Assembly (NCBI GenBank): GCA_946965045.2
Contig: OX337233.1
Location: forward strand, 1,178,001 to 1,242,000
Length of the DNA: 64,000 nucleotides
Direction of reading: 5' to 3'
DNA from: Epithemia pelagica
Lineage: Eukaryota > Protista > Bacillariophyta
Below, piece after piece: positions 56,826 to 64,000 of this stretch. The stretch's first letter is position 1; each line of letters opens with the position of its first letter. The notes beneath the pieces were generated by a model, which saw only the letters and a list, made by a program, of their open reading frames with translations, did not search any database and was not told the origin of the DNA. A program made the translations under genes and the position numbers.

Positions 56826-57011
56826 CAATCGTCGTCGACCAATCTATGCTCTACTCTCTAGAGAGAGTAGTAACGAGGAGGAGGACCAATATAGGCTAGC
56901 AAATCCAGTGACTCTCTACAATCAGACAGGGCTCCAGCAATCGTCGTCGACCGATCTATGCTCTACTCTACAGAGTGTAACGAGTAGGAGGATCAATATA
57001 GGGTAGCAAAA
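56826..57011 (+). repeat. Diverged ~75-bp near-tandem duplication
   Basis: CAATCGTCGTCGACC.ATCTATGCTCTACTCT...TAGCAAA at 56826 and 56938. Confidence 0.85.
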
Positions 57012-57256
57012 TCTCATCTCAACCTGCCTTCTGGAATCCAGTATGCGAAAATATTACGCAGTAGTGTTACGCAGGCATGAGGGACGTGGGACATTGTGAA
57101 TTGTGATTGTGGTGGTGGTGGTGGTGGTGGTGGTGGTGGTGTGGAGGGTGTCATCGGTATCTTTCCGCGACCATCGCAGAAAAGGAGGGAAACGGTGGGG
57201 ATGGGTAGTTTGGGGAGACCCACACACACCACACGAAAGAGTCCAGAAAATCCACA

Positions 57257-58003
57257 ATGGCACCTGCTCGATCGCGATCTCGGACACCCCCGGTACCGCA
57301 TGCATCGTCGACTACTACTGGTAACACAACGACCGTCACAGATTCCTCGGCGATCTTGTTGCAAGATCGGTTGCACGAATTACTGAGTCGTTTGTCGACG
57401 ACGGTCGATCGCATCAAAACATGGCCGGGAACCACCACCACCACGACAACGTCTAGCAGCGGCACCTCCACCACTGCCACCAACCACAACAGCAACAAGA
57501 ACACCAAATCATCGAATAATAATAATGACGCCTCGATGCACATTGAATCGACGGGGAAATTGATTCAAGCCATTCGGAACGTGTTGCAATCGATTGAACG
57601 GGTCGAAACCAGTGTCAAGCAACATGGCAGCACCCACTTGTGTCCGGTTCCCGTGGATTTGTTGGAATTGCTGGATCATCAAGGTGGATTGAATCCAGAA
57701 TGCTTTGCTCGTGGATTGCTACAAGAAGCCATTGGACAATTGGAAGGCTTGAAACGACGCAAAGTGGCCTTGGAAGGATTGGCAACGGCCGTGCAACAAG
57801 GATTGGAACAAAAATTGCAACAACAACAACAAAAACAACCAAAAGAAGAAAAAGAAGAAGAAGAATCCACACGAAAACGACAACGATCCGATGGTCAAGA
57901 CGAGGACACTGCCGAACCGTTGGCCAAAAAAGTCCATTTGGAGGATGAACGCAATCCGAAAACGTCCCAAGAGGACGGCACCAAAGGGGAACCAGTGGGA
58001 TGA
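57257..58003 (+). CDS. MED10: Mediator subunit 10-like (Nut2)
   Basis: VPVDLLELLDHQGGLNPECFARGLL...LKRRKVAL matches the MED10 core pattern. Confidence 0.75.
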   Translation: MAPARSRSRTPPVPHASSTTTGNTTTVTDSSAILLQDRLHELLSRLSTTVDRIKTWPGTTTTTTTSSSGTSTTATNHNSNKNTKSSNNNNDASMHIESTGKLIQAIRNVLQSIERVETSVKQHGSTHLCPVPVDLLELLDHQGGLNPECFARGLLQEAIGQLEGLKRRKVALEGLATAVQQGLEQKLQQQQQKQPKEEKEEEESTRKRQRSDGQDEDTAEPLAKKVHLEDERNPKTSQEDGTKGEPVG

Positions 58004-58391
58004 AATGCAGAAAGATCGAGGGAAACGAGACTCGGATTCACAGTGACACAGTTACCCTTGTGCCCCTGGTTGAGCTGACGGATCACTACCACACGTCAAG
58101 CGTCCACACAGCTCTCGACCCACTGCCCGTTCGCCGTAGATACCCAATGAGAAGGTTGACTTCCATTGGGTGTTGGTTCGACGGCAGGAGGAAATATGTC
58201 TTGACCATCCTTTCTTTTGCTTTCATAGGCAACCAAGAACTCTCATTTCATCTATCATAGGTGTATCAGGGTGGTAAGCCGAAAGGCATTTCTATAAAAA
58301 CAACCTTCCAAAAGAACGTTTGAATAGCTGGTAAAAGATGACACTACCAAATGTGGATTGGCGAGGATCCCATTTCCCCATCTCGATAGGC

Positions 58392-58876
58392 TTAATAATC
58401 ACCGCCGCCTCCTTCTTCTGCACCAAACATATCCATACCTCCACCCAAATCCATTTCTTCCTCCTTTTCTTCTTCCTTCTCTTCTTCGGCTGCATCTCCA
58501 CCACCATCTCCACCGGCGTCTCCATCTCCACCACCGCCGCCTATGCCGCCACCACCACTACCACCACCGGGTACGGCCAAAATCTCGGCCATCTTGTCCG
58601 GATCTCCGGCATAGCCCGCAAAAATCACGGGATAAAATCCCTCCACTTCGGTATTGCCCGTGGCCTGCAACAAGGTACCAATTTGGTCACTCGTAATGTC
58701 GGCCTATCGAAACGAAATATAGCATACAAACAAAGGAACATGAATGAGAATCATCGCGGAATGTTCATTCAACACAACCACCACAACAACGAACCACTTA
58801 CACCGCCATCGTAGAGTGCCAACATGGCAAAGACTGTGGCGTATTCGTCCTTTTGTTCCTTGGTCAACTTGTCCAT
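58392..58876 (-). CDS. RPLP1: 60S acidic ribosomal protein P1; intron 58704-58801
   Basis: MDKLTKEQKDEYATVFAMLALYDGG|ADITSDQIGTLLQATGN...EEKEEEMDLGGGMDMF. Confidence 0.9.
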
Positions 58877-59428
58877 GATTGTTGTTCTGGATGGCGCTTT
58901 TTATAAATCTAAAGAATATGACACTCTGGGTTTCACTCAGGCACGTTTAAGTCGGTGAATCGACAGCTTGAGAGAGGCACTCACAAAGTAAGGAAGGCCA
59001 TGGCCAAACCTGCGCCGTTCCACTTACCGCGTTACTTACAGTAAGGTTAGGGCTTTGCTCATTTCGTCTGCCCGTCGATCGATCAACCGCTGTGAATAGG
59101 TTATGGGCCATCGAGAAAAATGCGATACGTCCACCTCCTCCGTCTCCGTCTCGCCTTCTTGTTTAGTCCCTCACGTTTCATCAACCAAGAGACGGAGAAC
59201 GCGTCTTGAACCAATCCAACAAGAGAGTCCAGAACGTGGCGATTCATTGGAGTCACGCAACAACAATAGGCACTTCTTCTAGGTCGCAACTCCAAGAGGT
59301 TCCCCGCTTTCATTCCAAAGAGTCTTGGTATAGCAACCCACTCGTCCTCACGCACACACACACCAACCCCAAACCAACCAACAACCCCATTTGCTTCCAC
59401 AAACACACACACACACACACACACAAAC

Positions 59429-60448
59429 ATGTCGGAATCAGCCACAACCACGGACGGTGGTGAAGCCGCCACCGATACTACCTCGAACAATGACGCAGAC
59501 GATGGCACCTTTCGTATTTACGTGGGCGAGGATCGCAAAAATCTGAATTGCCGATTTTACGAGGCCAAGTACCCTGAAGTGGAATCGGTCGTCATGGTCA
59601 ATGTCCGAAACATTGCCGAAATGGGTGCCTACGTATCCTTGATGGAATACGACAATATTGAAGGCATGATTTTATTATCCGAACTCAGTCGTCGACGCAT
59701 CCGATCCATTCACAAACTGATTCGCGTCAATCGCAACGAAGTGGTCATGGTCTTGCGTGTGGACAAGGAGAAGGGGTACATTGATTTGAGTAAACGCCGA
59801 GTGACACCGGAAGATGTTCAGGCTTGTGAGGAACGATTCAACAAAGCCAAGGCAGTCCATGGTGTCTTGCGTCATGTGGCGGAAAAGCGTAAATACTATT
59901 TGGAAGAATTGTACGAAAAAATTGGCTGGCCCTTGTATCGGAAATTTGGACATGCCTACGATGCCTTCAAGTTAGCGATATCGGAAGACAATAAGGACAT
60001 TGATCCCTTTGAAGATATTCACATTCCCGATGACTTGAAGGAGGAAATCAAGACCTATGTGCTTCGACGTTTGGCTCCGCAACCAGTCAAAATTCGGAGT
60101 GACATTGAAGTCTCATGCTTTACTTACGCCGGCATTGATGCCATTCGCGATGCCCTCTTTGCCGGTATGGCGGTCGGCACGGAACAATCACCCATCAAAA
60201 TCAAATTAATCGCCCCTCCCATTTATGTATTGAGTACTACCACTCTGGAAAAAGAGGTGGGAATTGCTCTGTTAAACAAAGCCATTGATGTCATTCGGGA
60301 GAAAATACAAGCCAAGGGTGGGAAGATGGATATTAAAATGGAAGCCAAGGCCGTGAGCATCAAAGAAGAAACAGAACTCCAAGCTATGATGGATCGACTG
60401 GCAATGGAAAACGAAGAAGTAGATGGAGATGCCCCCGAAGAAGATTGA
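59429..60448 (+). CDS. EIF2S1: Translation initiation factor eIF2 alpha
   Basis: CRFYEAKYPEVE, EGMILLSELSRRRIRS, KGYIDLSKRRV, LIAPPIYV. Confidence 0.98.
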   Translation: MSESATTTDGGEAATDTTSNNDADDGTFRIYVGEDRKNLNCRFYEAKYPEVESVVMVNVRNIAEMGAYVSLMEYDNIEGMILLSELSRRRIRSIHKLIRVNRNEVVMVLRVDKEKGYIDLSKRRVTPEDVQACEERFNKAKAVHGVLRHVAEKRKYYLEELYEKIGWPLYRKFGHAYDAFKLAISEDNKDIDPFEDIHIPDDLKEEIKTYVLRRLAPQPVKIRSDIEVSCFTYAGIDAIRDALFAGMAVGTEQSPIKIKLIAPPIYVLSTTTLEKEVGIALLNKAIDVIREKIQAKGGKMDIKMEAKAVSIKEETELQAMMDRLAMENEEVDGDAPEED

Positions 60449-60718
60449 CTCCTTCTGTGTGGCATACAGCAGTGGGCACTTGGTTGCTACCACAACGACG
60501 ACTACCGATTGGAGGAGGAAACTCACCATAAGGGTAGTGGTCTTATAATACTACTCCCTCTTGTACTAAGAGCAATCCATTTAAAATGTCCTTCCGTATT
60601 GTACAAAGATTGTGATTGTGTCCAATGAGCAATGTGTCGTTGACAATCATCAAACGTCTTCCAGGACAGTGCGAAGTGGGAGGTTTGAACCAAGCAGCTA
60701 TAACAGTCTACGGAAAGA

Positions 60719-62720
60719 TCACTGGTGGGATTTGTTTGCTTCATTCCTTTGGTTGGTTGCTTCTCTTTTGTTGCTCGGCTGTTGTCTTCCAATGCAGTGG
60801 CTGGGAAGATTGAGTTTGTTCATGATGCGTTGCAGGACAAACTCTTGTTCTTGGGTCACAATGGATAGCACATTGCCCGATCGTTGAAATCGACCGGTAC
60901 GGCCCGCTCGATGAGCATAGGTGTCGGCGTTGGCGGGCAAATCAAAGTTGATGACATGGGATATATCGGTAATGTCCAATCCGCGAGCCCCCAAGTCACC
61001 TTCCGATAAGAGGACACGAAGAATGGAATCGACCTGTGGCGTTTCCCCCTCCTCATGCATTGTCAGCGCTTCTTCTCCGCGAAAGACTTCCATGGCGGCG
61101 GCACGCTGAGACAAACTATCTTCGTATCGCAAGGTGGAAATCAGAATCTGAATCCCTCTTTGCTCCTTGCCACGGTAGGATTCTTTCCATACCAGTGACC
61201 CATCCAAGGAGGCTGCCAAGGACTCTGCAATCTCTTGTACGGGGCGTCGCTCGTCCAAAAAGATTAATACTTTTTTTGACCTGCTTGCTCCCTCCTCCAA
61301 GGTATCATGTACCTCCTCGTCTTTGGAAACTGGAGCAGTCGCTGCAGTGACAATCTTTTGGAGGATCCGTTTCAGGGCCGGCAGTTTTTTGCCATTGGAG
61401 GCACACACCACATGGGCATGATGCAAGGTGGCGGGTAAGAGCAATTCACCAGGTCGTAAACTCACATGGACGGGAGGTTGCAAGGTCCATTGGTTTTGAA
61501 CGCATTGTTTGACAAAGTGGCGTGGTTGAGGAATCGTGGCCGATGCAAAAATGGTTTGTCGTTCCAGATTCAATGGCCGAGAACTCGTGCTGCTGCTAGT
61601 ACTCGAGGATCGTTTGTTGGGGCCGACAAGACCCTCTGAGGAACTCCCATCTTCAAAAGTGGGACTAAGATACTTGGACAAGAGTTGATGCAGTGTGGAC
61701 GAAGAGAGTTTCGCTGTGATACTTCCGGCATTGTTGAGTAAACAGGCATCGACCTCATCCACCACGACAAACTTGACACTGTTGTAACGACGAATGCCGC
61801 CCAATTGTACCATGTCACAGAGTTCTTGCGGTGTCCCAATCACGACATGAGGTGGTTCCGCCCAGGCCCAGGCACGTTGACGTCGATTTTGACTCCCCTG
61901 TAAGACATTCATGATCATTATTTTGCGTTGGAGTGATGGTTGTTGTATTGTTGAGGAGGAAGCCATGTCCAGGGAGGCATCCGAAGCAGCTGCCAATCGT
62001 TTGGCCACACGGCCCACTTGCAACCCCAATTCCCGGGTGGGTACCACAATCAAGACTTGGACCGCTGAACGGCTGGCATCAATGGACGCCAATGCGGGAA
62101 GTAAGTAGGCTATCAAAGAAACAAACAATAGTGTGAGACGATAAATTAACCTTTACGACTTGCACCTCCAGACATGAACTCACAACACTTCCTTCCCCTC
62201 AAGCTAGAACAACAACCAATCTCTTACCTAATGTCTTGCCGCTTCCCGTCTCGGCCTGAATAATCACATCATTCTTTTCACATACAATCTCATTCAAGGC
62301 TTGTTGTTGAATCCGAGTAGGATGAATCCATCCCAAATCCAAGCATCGTTGCAACAGCCACGGAGGGAGTACGGAATCATACAATTGGGCAAAGGTCTGA
62401 TTGACCAAAATTCCATCTCCAATCATTTGCGAGGCTTGCAACAAGACGCAACCTCTTGCGGGATTCTTCTTGCGATAACACAGACCATCGTGATACAGGA
62501 TAGTTTTGCTTCGGCGAGAGCTTGTCGTCGTTCGCACATTCACACTGTGTGTGAATGCACCGCTTTGGCCGTGGTATGGCGGCTGGAATGCCCATGCTGC
62601 ATCAATCAACGGCGCTTGAACAACGAAAAAGGATGAAATGGAAAGGAAGGTGACAGCAAGAGTCCAGCATTTCCAGGAAACGACGACAACCACAATCGTA
62701 ATCTTCCACAGAAGCAACAT
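60719..62720 (-). CDS. DEAD-box RNA helicase, probably plastid-targeted; intron 62111-62227
   Basis: AWA-FQPP presequence, Q motif (PTRIQQ), [33 protein letters not shown]. Confidence 0.9.
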
Positions 62721-63044
62721 CGAAATGGACTTGAATGGTGATGGATGGGCAAACAAAAGAAAAGGAGATGCCGCGCGACTCAAGATCTTTGAAGCGACTG
62801 AAGGGCGGTCTATTGGCATCAAAAAATCGACTTGCACCTCCTTGCACGCACCCTATGACTGTGACGTTTGTAGTTGGATCATCGTCGAACAGCAAAGAAA
62901 TCATGGAGCTCGCCGCAACAATGAGCAGATTCGATTTCATTCTTTGTCGGCAGGCAAACGTCGAAAGATATCGTCGAATCTTGTCTTGAAACTCCCTGTG
63001 GTGCACTCACTTATTTCTGAAACTTTGATCAGCACCAAACTACA

Positions 63045-63641
63045 ATGGCTTCCCGATTGTTGCAATGCGGCCTCATGGCAGGAGCCGGTGCTTTTGTCGA
63101 GACCAAGTACGGTCCGTCCATCCAAATGACTGGTCCAGCAAATACCAGTCCCTTGTTTGCTGCTACACCGTTGGTATTCATTGGCCTTGGCTTTTTTACG
63201 GTCGCTTTTGGTCTCAAGGTTGGTAAAGCTCGGATGACGTACATGGAAAAGGCCAAGAAGGATGGAGAAGAAAATGTCGAGGAACGATATGGTTTGCCCA
63301 ATTTGTACGCTCAAGGCACGTCACCGAACGCCAAGGCCTTCAATTGCATACAACGAGCTCATCAACACATTTTTGAAAACTATACCTTTGCCCTCGTTTT
63401 TGGATTGGCCGGTGCCCTCGAGTTTCCCATTGCCTCGGTCCTCTCTTCTGCGGTCTATGCCGCTGGCCGCATGATTTTTTCCTCCAATTACAGTCAGGCA
63501 GATGGGGAACCCGGCAAACGGTACTCGCTCAATCCTCTGGCCAAACACATGTGGACTGGACTTTTGGTGAACTTTTTCTTGGGTGCCTTTAGTTGTATCA
63601 AGATTCTCGCCAAGACACGATTGGCTCTTGCAGAAAACTAA
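63045..63641 (+). CDS. MAPEG-family membrane protein (microsomal GST3-like)
   Basis: YGLPNLYA, FNCIQRAHQHIFEN, GRMIFSSNY; several TM segments. Confidence 0.88.
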   Translation: MASRLLQCGLMAGAGAFVETKYGPSIQMTGPANTSPLFAATPLVFIGLGFFTVAFGLKVGKARMTYMEKAKKDGEENVEERYGLPNLYAQGTSPNAKAFNCIQRAHQHIFENYTFALVFGLAGALEFPIASVLSSAVYAAGRMIFSSNYSQADGEPGKRYSLNPLAKHMWTGLLVNFFLGAFSCIKILAKTRLALAEN

Positions 63642-64000
63642 AGTCGCACAGTGAGAAAAGAAAGTATGACTTTGTTCTTTGATTACGGGTTGTTGATGAC
63701 ATGTCAAAGATAGCGGAACTACGAGATCTACATAATAGATTGTTGAGTTTAGTTCCAAGCTGTAATAGTTCGTTCTTCTCGGGAAAGGAAGAAGCCGGAG
63801 AATGAAAAGACTGATCGTATAGATCACTGCACATGTTTCTGAACAGAATTACTTGCCAATCTTGAGCGTATTTTGATCTTCGTTCCCATCAACCATCTTG
63901 CTTCGGTGATTCACTGTGGTTGGACGGATTGTCCCGGAGCCCCGCAGCTTCGCTAGCTTTCCAAACGTCCGTCCATGGCCTCGCCGGTTCTGATAAAATA

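Noticed and set aside
22715-59425. Microsatellites: (CAT)n ~22715, (AGT)n ~25817, (CT)n ~35829, (GTT)n ~55167, (GGT)n ~57104, (CA)n ~59405
   Set aside because: Ordinary simple repeats, mostly encoding poly-S/T/Q tracts; no higher-order or telomeric organisation.
1-64000. tRNA, rRNA or other recognisable ncRNA genes
   Set aside because: No cloverleaf or rRNA-like segment recognised by eye; tRNAscan-SE or Infernal would be needed to exclude them.

Overview
Eukaryotic, gene-dense DNA of roughly 50% GC, most likely a pennate diatom. This rests on CoDi-like copia elements, bipartite plastid-targeting presequences, short GT-AG introns and low-complexity-rich proteins. Bases 1-10.2 kb hold two tandem Ty1/copia LTR retrotransposons. 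The second is complete but decayed, with 112-bp LTRs that begin CAA and end TTG, a 4-bp TSD and an apparent half-tRNA primer site. Both elements share a covarying 3'UTR RNA structure. The rest is host genes: SIL1, an AASDH/ACSF4-like A-T-PQQ enzyme, a PPR-like protein, Myb-SHAQKHF, apyrase, MED10, RPLP1, eIF2-alpha, a DEAD-box helicase and a MAPEG protein. Accessory material is interspersed: three paralogous TM/coiled-coil proteins, a head-to-head pair of His-N-terminal secreted proteins, an HNH-like orphan, a Crinkler-type NTPase-REase cassette between direct repeats with an inverted nuclease-only copy, a GH28 pseudogene, and a plastid-targeted MDP-1 phosphatase/cold-shock/ASCH fusion. All family calls come from motif recognition by eye; no database searches were run.
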